Positions 7,534-16,217 of a DNA stretch of 56,086 nt are shown piece by piece. The number at the start of each line of letters is the position of its first letter. Position 1 is the first letter of the stretch. A program made the translations under genes and the position numbers. This DNA is from a virus (Duplodnaviria > Caudoviricetes), in IMG/VR virus record IMGVR_UViG_3300020420_000003, positions 1 through 56,086 of that record, one strand, 5' to 3'. The notes under the pieces are model-generated. The model did no database searches and was not told the DNA's origin. It saw only the letters and a list, made by a program, of their open reading frames with translations.

Positions 7534-7662
7534 GCAGACAACGGGTGATGAGGCATCCGAAAGTTTGCGTCAATCCTGACATTGGGATTCCCTCCCTGAT
7601 GACGTAGACACCCTCACCCAAGCCGTCGGGCTATAAACGCAGAACGTAGAACGTAGAAGGAG
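7534..7662 (+). ncRNA. Putative structured 5' leader of the replication operon
   Basis: Competing helices (7534-7568 hairpin vs 7563-7572 pairing with 7600-7609), possible loop pairing to 7612-7616, then AACGYAG x3 before the RBS. Confidence 0.45.
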
Positions 7663-7670
7663 TGTCCAGA

Positions 7671-8228
7671 ATGAGTGGACTTTTTGATGAGATGGAAGCA
7701 GATGCCAATGCGTTTGCTGATATCAAAACTGAGGATGGCGGCAAGCTGTCCCAACTTATTCGAGCAGCGCAGCATCAAAAGCGGTTGATCGAAGAACACG
7801 AACAAGCCGCGAAAGATGCCAAGGCAGAGCTAAAGCAACTGACTCGTGAGCTTATACCTTCCGAAATGCAAGAGATGGGACTCGAACGAATCGACGTTGA
7901 CGGTAACTCCGTTACGTTGAATCAGTTTGTGTACGCATCGATTCCGGAAGCAAATAAAGCGGAGGCGTTCGCATTCCTCCGTGATATCGGTGAAGACGAC
8001 ATTATCAAGAACGAAGTCAAGGTTCAGTTTGGCAAAGGCCAAGACAACGAAGCTGGTGCGTTCATGGATGATTGTCAGAAAGCCGGACTCGACCCTGAAC
8101 AGAAAACAGCGATACACCCGATGACGTTGCAAGCAACGATTAAGGAATGGCTGAAGCAGGGTCGTGACGTAAACCTCGAATTGTTCGGGGCATACGTTGG
8201 AACAGAAGCGAAGATACGGAGAAAGTAG
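7671..8228 (+). CDS. Conserved replication-module protein (coiled N-terminus, IHPMTL motif)
   Basis: AAGGAG RBS; type of gene I recall directly upstream of phage SSB genes. Confidence 0.75.
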   Translation: MSGLFDEMEADANAFADIKTEDGGKLSQLIRAAQHQKRLIEEHEQAAKDAKAELKQLTRELIPSEMQEMGLERIDVDGNSVTLNQFVYASIPEANKAEAFAFLRDIGEDDIIKNEVKVQFGKGQDNEAGAFMDDCQKAGLDPEQKTAIHPMTLQATIKEWLKQGRDVNLELFGAYVGTEAKIRRK

Positions 8229-9035
8229 ATGAGTGAAAGTAAGGAAGTAGCTACAAAGGCAGAGACAGCCGTTGCTATCCCCAAGGAATTGTTGGGTAGC
8301 TTTGTCGAAGACTCAGGCGCAGGTACTGAGAACATAGGTGCAGATGACATGAAGATTCCGTTTTTACGGATCGCACAGCCTCTGTCCCCCGAGTTGAATA
8401 AGAAGCACGAGAACTTCATCGAAGGCACAGAAGCCGGGACAATATTCAACACGGTTACAAGACAACTCTTTGGGGAAGAAGTAAATGTCATCCCCTGTGG
8501 GTACATCAAGAAATATCTCGAGTTTATTCCTCGAGAAAAGGGCGGCGGGTTTCAAGGCGAACACGCCCCCAACAGTCAAGAGGTGTTGACTGCAATTCGT
8601 GACAAGCAGACAAACAAGGACATCATGACTAACGGTAATGAACTTGTTGTATCTGCACAGCACTATTGCAAGTTTCAAGATCCTGAGACGGGTGGCTGGC
8701 AGTCGGCAATCATCGACATGAAGTCAACAAATCTCAAGATCTCACGCCAATGGAACACCATGATCCAGATGCAAGAAGTGAAACACAAAGGCAAGTTGGT
8801 CAAACTGCCAAGCTTCGGTGTTATCTGGACACTTCGTTCCGAAGAAGCGTCCAATGAAAAAGGTAGATGGAATCAGTGGAAGGTAAGTGGTCGGCAGGGT
8901 TATGTCGAAGACACTGACCTGTACAAAGATTGCAGAGAACTGTCCTCGATGGTCAGTGAGGGCACAGTACAGGCTTCCGATGATCCGGATTTGGATGCCA
9001 ATACGAGTGATAGCGGGGAGGCTATCCCGTTTTAG
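8229..9035 (+). CDS. Single-stranded DNA-binding protein (putative)
   Basis: DMKIPFLRIAQPLSP motif; acidic tail ending in AIPF; replication context. Confidence 0.75.
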   Translation: MSESKEVATKAETAVAIPKELLGSFVEDSGAGTENIGADDMKIPFLRIAQPLSPELNKKHENFIEGTEAGTIFNTVTRQLFGEEVNVIPCGYIKKYLEFIPREKGGGFQGEHAPNSQEVLTAIRDKQTNKDIMTNGNELVVSAQHYCKFQDPETGGWQSAIIDMKSTNLKISRQWNTMIQMQEVKHKGKLVKLPSFGVIWTLRSEEASNEKGRWNQWKVSGRQGYVEDTDLYKDCRELSSMVSEGTVQASDDPDLDANTSDSGEAIPF

Positions 9036-9043
9036 GTAATCCC

Positions 9044-9083
9044 GGGGCAGGGTTTTACCTCTTTGACCCTGCCCCACTTTTTC
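9044..9083 (+). terminator. Intrinsic terminator/attenuator after SSB
   Basis: GGGGCAGGGTT...GACCCTGCCCC then ACTTTTTC. Confidence 0.8.
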
Positions 9084-9094
9084 TAGGATTTGTC

Positions 9095-10627
9095 ATGGAC
9101 AATATACAAAAGTTCATGGCGGCGTTCGCTGGATTCGAAACCGCGCATGGACAGACAACAATTAAAGGTACACGCAAGAACGGCAAGGAAGAAGCCGACT
9201 CTCGTGTTATTAGGACACCGTTAGATGAAACACATATTGAAAGACACTTCGCTGGTGAAATCGGCGCAGGGGCTATACCAATCAACTCTAAGAATCTTTG
9301 TTGTTTCGGTTGCATTGACGTGGATGTTTATCCTCTTGATCATGCTGCTCTCGTCCGCGCTTGTGCTGGCATCGATGTTCCTGCTGTGGTTTGTAGGTCT
9401 AAGTCTGGTGGAGCGCACGTCTATTTCTTTATCGAAGGATGGATTGCCGCATCGGATATGCGCGACAAGCTATCGGAGATTGCTGCGTCTCTTGGTTACG
9501 GTTCGGCGGAAATTTTTCCCAAGCAAGAAAAACTCCTGATTGATCGAGGCGACGTTGGTAACTTTATCAACCTGCCATACTTCGATGTAGACAGAACGCT
9601 TCGCCCCGCTTTCAACTCCAAGGGTAAAGAACTCACTCTCGAGCAGTTTCTAAAATATGTAGACAAGCAACGCATATCTCCTGCGAAGTTTATGGATCTT
9701 CAACTTGGGTCACAGACAGACTTCTTGCCGGAGTGTCCGCCATGTTTGGTCACGCTGACAACAAACGGTATCGGTGAAGGTGGTCGTAACGAAACGATGT
9801 TCAACGTTGGCGTTATGTATCAGAAGATGGACGAGGACAATTGGCCTGACCTGTTGGAGAAACATAACCAACAGTATTGCAAGCCACCACTTCCTGCGTC
9901 AGAGATTGTGCTGATACAAGACCAGCTTCGAAAGAAAGAATATCAATACGGATGTAAGAAGTCCCCGTTGAAAGATTACTGCAACAAGTCATTGTGCCTG
10001 TCTCGTAAGTACGGTGTCGGCAATGGTGCTGGGCGCAGTCTTGAAATCACTGGCATGAGTGTTGTGCTGTCGGAGCCACGAGTTTGGTTTGTTGACATCG
10101 CCGGAGAACGGCTCGAACTCAACAGCGAAGAAGTACAGATGCAACTGAAGTTTGGTCGCGCCTGTCTCGAGCAACTGTCGTGGTTGCCGCCGCGTGTAAA
10201 GGAAGATGATTGGAACACGATGATGAATGCAGCCTTACAGGATTGCATGAAGATCGAAGTGCCGCCGGAACTGACAAACAAAGGACAGTTTCACGAGCTT
10301 TGTGAAGCGTTTTGCACAGGCAGAGTACAAGCAATGAGTCCAGAAGAACTGGTGTTGAACAAGCCATACACAGAGGATGGCAGTGTCTTTTTCAAACTAG
10401 ATGCACTGATGGATTTTCTGAAGGGGCGTGGGTTCACACAATATACCCGGGGGCAGGTGCAGGAAAGATTGAAAGAACTAAACAACGGCGAGTCAACAAG
10501 CACCGTCAAGACATTTACCGACAAGACAAAGAAACGCAAAAGTATTCGCGTGTGGTCTGTGCCGGAGTTCTCGACAGATATCAGCATACCGTCAGTCAAC
10601 ATCCAAGGTGACGAGGTTCCGTTCTGA
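9095..10627 (+). CDS. AEP-family primase with PriCT-like domain
   Basis: IDVD, SKSGGAHVY, GNFINLPY; GEGGRNETMF...PPLPASEI. Confidence 0.85.
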   Translation: MDNIQKFMAAFAGFETAHGQTTIKGTRKNGKEEADSRVIRTPLDETHIERHFAGEIGAGAIPINSKNLCCFGCIDVDVYPLDHAALVRACAGIDVPAVVCRSKSGGAHVYFFIEGWIAASDMRDKLSEIAASLGYGSAEIFPKQEKLLIDRGDVGNFINLPYFDVDRTLRPAFNSKGKELTLEQFLKYVDKQRISPAKFMDLQLGSQTDFLPECPPCLVTLTTNGIGEGGRNETMFNVGVMYQKMDEDNWPDLLEKHNQQYCKPPLPASEIVLIQDQLRKKEYQYGCKKSPLKDYCNKSLCLSRKYGVGNGAGRSLEITGMSVVLSEPRVWFVDIAGERLELNSEEVQMQLKFGRACLEQLSWLPPRVKEDDWNTMMNAALQDCMKIEVPPELTNKGQFHELCEAFCTGRVQAMSPEELVLNKPYTEDGSVFFKLDALMDFLKGRGFTQYTRGQVQERLKELNNGESTSTVKTFTDKTKKRKSIRVWSVPEFSTDISIPSVNIQGDEVPF

Positions 10628-12150
10628 TGAGTACAACAGCATATTTGGGACCACCGGGCACTGGTAAGACGTACACATTAATCAACATTGTGAAGGATGC
10701 TTTGCAAAAAGGTGTGCCGCCAGAGCGAATCGGGTTCGTGTCCTTCAGCAAAAAAGCTACGGAAGAAGCAAGGACTCGGGCTGCTCGTGAATTAAATCTG
10801 GACTACAAGAAGATGGTTCATTTCAGGACACTGCACTCCATGGCGTTCCGACAACTAGACATGAAGATAGATCAGGTGCTCCGCAGTTCTGATTATCGTC
10901 GTCTCGAAATGGAACTTGGTCTGCCTTTTACATCCACTCAATCAATGAACATAAATGACGGAGAGTTCTTCCGTCTTGGTGGCAAGGGCGATATGTACCT
11001 GTCGATATACAACATGGCTCGTGTCAGGAAGATATCTGCCGAACAGCAATTTAACGAGTCGGCAAACTGGACACTGCAACATAATGAGATGCAACATGTC
11101 ATCCGTTCCTACAGAGAATATAAACAAGTCCTTGAAAAGATTGACTTTGTTGATATGATCGAGACGTTTATAGAGCAAGGGGAGGCTCCCGAGTTGGAAC
11201 TTCTGATCGTTGATGAGGCGCAAGATCTTGTTCCGTTACAGTGGGACATGGTTTCCAAACTCGAAAACAACTCCAAAAATGTTTATTACGCCGGAGACGA
11301 TGACCAAGCCATTTATGAATGGATGGGCGTGGACGCACGGCAGTTTGCTAGTCGGTGCAACCAATCAGATAATATGATTGTGTTGGATCAAAGTTTCCGA
11401 GTTCCAAGTTCCGTGCACCAAGAGGCAGACCGCATCATACGAAATGCCGCCGGACGTATCGACAAGGAATGGAACGCTCGAGAACAAGAAGGACATGTAT
11501 CGTATCACTACAAAATAGATGAACTGCCTTTGGAAGAAGGACAATGGATGATACTTGCCCGGACAAACTACATCGCTAACAGGATTGCTACCGACCTCAA
11601 GAACAACGGGTATTTGTTTTGGCGTAACGGCAATGGCTGGAGTATTGCGAATGCTACGCTCGAGGTGGTTCGTGGGTTCACCCGTCTTAGTCGAGGCGAA
11701 GAACTAGACCACGAGTACATATCTAAGATATGGCGTAAGATAAAAGTAGACCGCAAGACTCGAAACGCTGGCAACAAAATGTTGAAAGCCGCAGAAGCAG
11801 AAACGTTTGGCATAGAGTTCTTAGAGTCTCTGACTCAACAACATCTGCAAGAAAAGCACTGGTACGAGGTGTTGGAAGTAAGCGATCAGGAACGTGTGTA
11901 CATCACATCTGTTCTGGAGTCCGGCGAAGTGTTGGACGATGACAATCCCAGAATTGTTCTGTCTACGATACACAAAGCAAAGGGCGGTGAAGCAGACAAT
12001 GTTGCGCTTGTGCTGGAGTCAACCAAGGCTTGCTGCACTATGAGTGAGCCGGATGCCGAACGCAGAGTGTTCTATGTGGGAGCAACAAGAGCGAAGAATA
12101 ATCTATATATTATAGACAACCCGGAAGCTAGGTGGAGGTTCCAACTATGA
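10627..12150 (+). CDS. UvrD/Rep-like SF1 helicase
   Basis: GPPGTGKT, VDEAQD, GDDDQAIY, STIHKAKGGEAD, YVGATRA. Confidence 0.95.
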   Translation: MSTTAYLGPPGTGKTYTLINIVKDALQKGVPPERIGFVSFSKKATEEARTRAARELNLDYKKMVHFRTLHSMAFRQLDMKIDQVLRSSDYRRLEMELGLPFTSTQSMNINDGEFFRLGGKGDMYLSIYNMARVRKISAEQQFNESANWTLQHNEMQHVIRSYREYKQVLEKIDFVDMIETFIEQGEAPELELLIVDEAQDLVPLQWDMVSKLENNSKNVYYAGDDDQAIYEWMGVDARQFASRCNQSDNMIVLDQSFRVPSSVHQEADRIIRNAAGRIDKEWNAREQEGHVSYHYKIDELPLEEGQWMILARTNYIANRIATDLKNNGYLFWRNGNGWSIANATLEVVRGFTRLSRGEELDHEYISKIWRKIKVDRKTRNAGNKMLKAAEAETFGIEFLESLTQQHLQEKHWYEVLEVSDQERVYITSVLESGEVLDDDNPRIVLSTIHKAKGGEADNVALVLESTKACCTMSEPDAERRVFYVGATRAKNNLYIIDNPEARWRFQL

Positions 12151-14117
12151 AGGGCAAGCAATTATCGTTCGAAGAAAAAGATACGGATTGGGAACTTCAG
12201 GCAAAAGAAGTGCCGGAAGAAGACATTCGAGAGGTTGCGTCCATTGCGTTAGACCAAGATTGGACCCCGCCATCTTCATTTCCAGAGCACTACAGAGACG
12301 CAAATGTCATATCAATTGACCTTGAAACCCGTGATCCTAACCTAATGACACTTGGTCCCGGGTGGGCGCGGGATGATGGATACATCATCGGATATGCTGT
12401 GGCGTTCAACGATTTCTGTGGCTACTACCCCATACGTCATGAGGTGGGTGGCAACATGCCAGAGAAAGCAGTGACCGGATATATCAAAGACATGATGAAA
12501 TCAGATGTTCCGAAAGTCATGCACAACGCTCAGTATGATCTTGGGTGGTTGCGTTGGGCGGGCATTGAGGTTCAAGGTCCGGTGTACGATACGATGACTG
12601 CGGCGGCGATGTTGAATGAAAACAGACGCTGGTACAATCTTAATTCTTTGGCTGCTGACTATTTGCAGGAACGAAAAAACGAACGATTGCTCAGACTTGC
12701 TGCTGCTGACTACGGTGTAGATGCCAAGTCGGGCATGTGGCAACTACCTGCCAGATTCGTGGGGCAGTATGCAGAACAAGATGCTTCAGTCACCCGGCGA
12801 CTTTGGGAACGATTACAGCCTGATTTGATACGCGAGGAAGTGTCCAGCATTTTTGATTTAGAAACAGAGCTGACCCCCATGCTTTTGAATATGCGGTGGC
12901 GTGGTGTTCGTGTGGACGAGGCAGGTGCTGAGAATGCTCGAAAGCTCTTGGAGAAACGCGAAAAAGAAATACACAAATGGATAAAGGACGAGACGGGACT
13001 GACGGTGGAACCGTGGAATGCTACGTCCCTGTCGAAAGCGTTCGATAAGATGAAAGTTGCGTACCCACGCACGGAGAAAACAGATGCTCCATCTTTTACA
13101 AAACAGTTTCTTGCTTCGCACGAGCATCCGTTGGCTCAACAGATTGTACGGCTACGAGAACTCAACAAAGCAAACACTACATTCATTTCAAATATATTGA
13201 AGTTTACTCACAAAGGACGCATTCATGCGGAGTTTCATCCTCTTAGGTCTGACGACGGTGGCACTGTTACCGGGCGTTTTTCTTCTTCAAACCCAAACCT
13301 TCAGCAAATTCCAGCACGAGATCCTGAGATTAAGTCAATCATCCGTGGGTTGTTTCTGCCTGAAGAAGGTGAGAAGTGGGGTAGCTTCGACTACGCATCA
13401 CAAGAGCCACGTTGGTTAGCACATTACTGTGCTTCTATCAGCGGTGTGCATCGTCACCCATCCATCGATGATGTGGTTGAGCAGTATCAAAACGATGATG
13501 CAGACTTTCATCAAATGGTTGCGGACATGGCTGGTATCTCTCGCAAAGATGCCAAGACGGTGAACTTAGGTATCATGTACGGCATGGGCGTAAATAAGAT
13601 GGCGGGTGTGCTGGACACTACGGTTGAAGAGGCCAAGGAGCTTTTGAACGAATACCATGACAAAGTTCCATTTGTTCGAGGGCTGGCAAACATGGTGTCC
13701 AATCATGCGTCTGAGAACGGGCAAATTAGAACTATTCTAGGAAGGAAGTGCCGCTTCCCGCTTTGGGAGCCGAAGACATTTGGCATACACAAACCGCTTC
13801 CGTTAGAAGAGGCAGTGCGAGAACACGGCAGGACATCAATTAAACGTGCGTTTACTTACAAAGCGTTGAACAGATTGATCCAAGGTTCGAGTGCCGACCA
13901 GACAAAGAAAGCGATGATAGATTGCTATAAAGCAGGGTATTTGCCGATGTTGCAGGTGCACGATGAACTATGTTTCAGCATCGATGCTGACGAATTAGGA
14001 AACCCAAATGAAAATCAAATCACGGAGATTGCCCGTATCATGGAAGGATGTGTTGAAGCAAAAGTTCCTTTCAAAGTGGACTGCTCTATCGCAGACAACT
14101 GGGGGCAAGTGGATTAG
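12147..14117 (+). CDS. polA: Family A DNA polymerase with 3'-5' exonuclease (Leu762 type)
   Basis: IDLET, HNAQYD, TGRFSSSNPNLQQIP, DYASQEPR, KTVNLGIMYGMG, QVHDEL. Confidence 0.97.
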   Translation: MKGKQLSFEEKDTDWELQAKEVPEEDIREVASIALDQDWTPPSSFPEHYRDANVISIDLETRDPNLMTLGPGWARDDGYIIGYAVAFNDFCGYYPIRHEVGGNMPEKAVTGYIKDMMKSDVPKVMHNAQYDLGWLRWAGIEVQGPVYDTMTAAAMLNENRRWYNLNSLAADYLQERKNERLLRLAAADYGVDAKSGMWQLPARFVGQYAEQDASVTRRLWERLQPDLIREEVSSIFDLETELTPMLLNMRWRGVRVDEAGAENARKLLEKREKEIHKWIKDETGLTVEPWNATSLSKAFDKMKVAYPRTEKTDAPSFTKQFLASHEHPLAQQIVRLRELNKANTTFISNILKFTHKGRIHAEFHPLRSDDGGTVTGRFSSSNPNLQQIPARDPEIKSIIRGLFLPEEGEKWGSFDYASQEPRWLAHYCASISGVHRHPSIDDVVEQYQNDDADFHQMVADMAGISRKDAKTVNLGIMYGMGVNKMAGVLDTTVEEAKELLNEYHDKVPFVRGLANMVSNHASENGQIRTILGRKCRFPLWEPKTFGIHKPLPLEEAVREHGRTSIKRAFTYKALNRLIQGSSADQTKKAMIDCYKAGYLPMLQVHDELCFSIDADELGNPNENQITEIARIMEGCVEAKVPFKVDCSIADNWGQVD

Positions 14118-14234
14118 ATCCAAGTTTCAGTATCTGATGACAAAGCGTTGGTTTCGGATACTGCTGGGCTTGTATGTAATTCGTTGGGTTATACGAATTG
14201 GAATTATTTTTTACGGAATGTGGTGGTACTTCTC

Positions 14235-14471
14235 ATGATGAAACTTCCTGAACAATATGATGACTGTGTAATCGGCTATGGTTCCAAAGCGGGTGTAGAA
14301 GACTGTCTGATATATAACGTGGACTCTGTGCTTCAAGTTTTGACAGAGGACATGAGTTACGAAGAGGCATTTGAATACTTTGAATATAATATAGCTGGAG
14401 CCTATGTGGGCGAAACCACTCCCATCTTTCTGTGGCCTAAGACGATGAAGGAAATAGAAGATGAAATATGA
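14235..14471 (+). CDS. Conserved small phage protein (EEAxEYFEYNIxGAYVG motif)
   Basis: Recognisable recurrent phage hypothetical motif. Confidence 0.75.
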   Translation: MMKLPEQYDDCVIGYGSKAGVEDCLIYNVDSVLQVLTEDMSYEEAFEYFEYNIAGAYVGETTPIFLWPKTMKEIEDEI

Positions 14472-14982
14472 AATCATCGACGATGCTTTTACAAGAGCAG
14501 ACATACTTGCCTTCAGTGACTTTACTAGACGTAGCTTGTTCAAGATAGGTTGGGCTGATGGGGACCATGTTTCCGACGTAATAGGTCAGCGCAGAATGTT
14601 GTACAGTCATTATTCCGACGAAGATCTTGAGAACATGGAGTTTTTTAAAAGAATGAAATCTCCTCGTTTGGAAGAGTTAATCGCAAGAAGAACTCCAGTT
14701 CGACCTTTGGTTAATCTGGTAGAGCCATCAAACGTGATGTGTAATCACTCACACTTGAAAGAAGATAGCCTGATATATTATATAAATCCAAGATGGTCGC
14801 CAGAATATGCAGGGGAAACTTTGATTTACGAAGATGCTTCAGAAGAAACGTGTCGTGCAGTATCCTTTGTACCCGGCAGAGTTCTTTGGTTAAGCAAAGA
14901 AGTTCAACATAGCATCCGACCTCCTAGCCATGCTTGTCCCACCTACCGTTTTACTTTTGCGTGTTTTTTCGAATGCAAGTAA
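14461..14982 (+). CDS. 2OG-Fe(II) oxygenase-like protein (HxH variant)
   Basis: NHSH...LIYYINPRW...GET...PGRVL...HSIRPP...RFT. Confidence 0.8.
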   Translation: MKYEIIDDAFTRADILAFSDFTRRSLFKIGWADGDHVSDVIGQRRMLYSHYSDEDLENMEFFKRMKSPRLEELIARRTPVRPLVNLVEPSNVMCNHSHLKEDSLIYYINPRWSPEYAGETLIYEDASEETCRAVSFVPGRVLWLSKEVQHSIRPPSHACPTYRFTFACFFECK

Positions 14983-15467
14983 TAGATGGATTCCTACCAA
15001 CCCGTTTTACAGATGTGCTCGATCCCTTCAATGGATACGAGCATTGGAATGGTGACGAGATTACTAATCTCAAACACGAGATAATTGATTATTGTCGGGG
15101 GTATTTTAACTGGAGAAACGTGGAAACTTATGAGTATTGGTTCAACACCAACACCCCAACTCAAAGCTATAACAACTGGCATCAAGATAAGATTGAGTTG
15201 CGAGACTATAAGCTGCTCGCAAACTGGAGTTGTATTTTATACCCGAACAGCCATTCGTTATGGGGCGGCTTTTTAGAGATAGAGACAGCCGATGAAACAA
15301 GAACTGAGGTCGAACGTATCGCTCCTCGTTTCAACAGGTGTGTGTTGCTAGATACTGGTGTGACTCATCGTGTGTCACGAGTTTGGGAAGGCGACAGACA
15401 TTCGTTTGTTATCAACGGATTTGATGAGCCAAATGTTTCTTCTGCGAGGGCTGAGTATGATAGATAA
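14973..15467 (+). CDS. 2OG-Fe(II) oxygenase (prolyl-4-hydroxylase-like)
   Basis: WHQD...ILY...GGFL...PRFNR...HRV...R. Confidence 0.85.
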   Translation: MQVIDGFLPTRFTDVLDPFNGYEHWNGDEITNLKHEIIDYCRGYFNWRNVETYEYWFNTNTPTQSYNNWHQDKIELRDYKLLANWSCILYPNSHSLWGGFLEIETADETRTEVERIAPRFNRCVLLDTGVTHRVSRVWEGDRHSFVINGFDEPNVSSARAEYDR

Positions 15468-15648
15468 AGTTGCGTGGATAAAAGGCAGAGCTGATTTTTT
15501 GCGTGAAGCAATAAAAGAAAAATGGGGAACCGATGAACTACTCATCGATGTAAAGAAGCGACGGAGTGCCGAGGAGGAGGATGCACCCCGCCGCAGCTCC
15601 GCGCAGAGCAACTCGAAGCATCTAGATAAAATTAATAAGACCAAATAG
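15457..15648 (+). CDS. Hypothetical protein
   Basis: Last gene of the plus-strand operon; converges on endolysin. Confidence 0.5.
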   Translation: MIDKVAWIKGRADFLREAIKEKWGTDELLIDVKKRRSAEEEDAPRRSSAQSNSKHLDKINKTK

Positions 15649-16024
15649 TTGGTCGATTACCGCCTTCCAATGTGTCTAGATGTAAAAACCGGGACCCAAG
15701 ACTCCCCTTCTGGGCAACACCGATTCCTGTAAACAGTCCGCTTTGTACAGCCAGCGTCAATAGTTCTAACGCATCTGCTCCGTATATTGCTATGTCAGCA
15801 GCTTTGCCCGACTCGTGAGCTCCGGGCCCATTTGGTTTGCGAGCTTCGATGGGATGTTCTGCACTTCTGTACCCGCTGCTAATCACCATGCCTTTACCAT
15901 ACATGGTGCGAAGTTGTTGAAGACATTTAACGAAGTCTTCGTCCATGCCGTCAGTTCCAGTGTGCTGACAACGAAATTCTGATGCAGAAAAATTAGGAAA
16001 CTGGTTCCAATCAAAATTAGCCAT
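15632..16024 (-). CDS. Peptidase M15A endolysin
   Basis: FSASEFRC...ISSGYRS...H.SGKAADI...FLHLD. Confidence 0.9.
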   Translation of the reverse strand: MANFDWNQFPNFSASEFRCQHTGTDGMDEDFVKCLQQLRTMYGKGMVISSGYRSAEHPIEARKPNGPGAHESGKAADIAIYGADALELLTLAVQSGLFTGIGVAQKGSLGSRFLHLDTLEGGNRPTIWSY

Positions 16025-16217
16025 AATATAAACTCTTTGTATTCTTTCGTATCCTGCGCGGGCATCTATCTTCGTAGTAAATCTGATGACGTTTGAAGCT
16101 TTTGTCTTCGCATTTGTATGTACATCTTCGCACCAAGACGCTGGATCTCCCGTCCATATAAGCGTGTGTTACGCCTTGCATAGAAAGACTGCATAAAATT
16201 ACTGCTACCTCAACCAC
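16017..16217 (-). CDS. Small Cys-containing hypothetical protein
   Basis: Overlaps both neighbours; 4 Cys. Confidence 0.55.
   Translation of the reverse strand: MVEVAVILCSLSMQGVTHAYMDGRSSVLVRRCTYKCEDKSFKRHQIYYEDRCPRRIRKNTKSLYYG

Noticed and set aside
7543-7575. Hammerhead ribozyme (TGATGA...GAAA...GTC)
   Set aside because: Core C3 is G and stems I and III cannot form canonically; other pairings explain the sequence better
14137-14238. 33-aa hydrophobic ORF between polA and the next gene
   Set aside because: Fits the gap with an ATGA overlap but has no clear RBS; too uncertain to list
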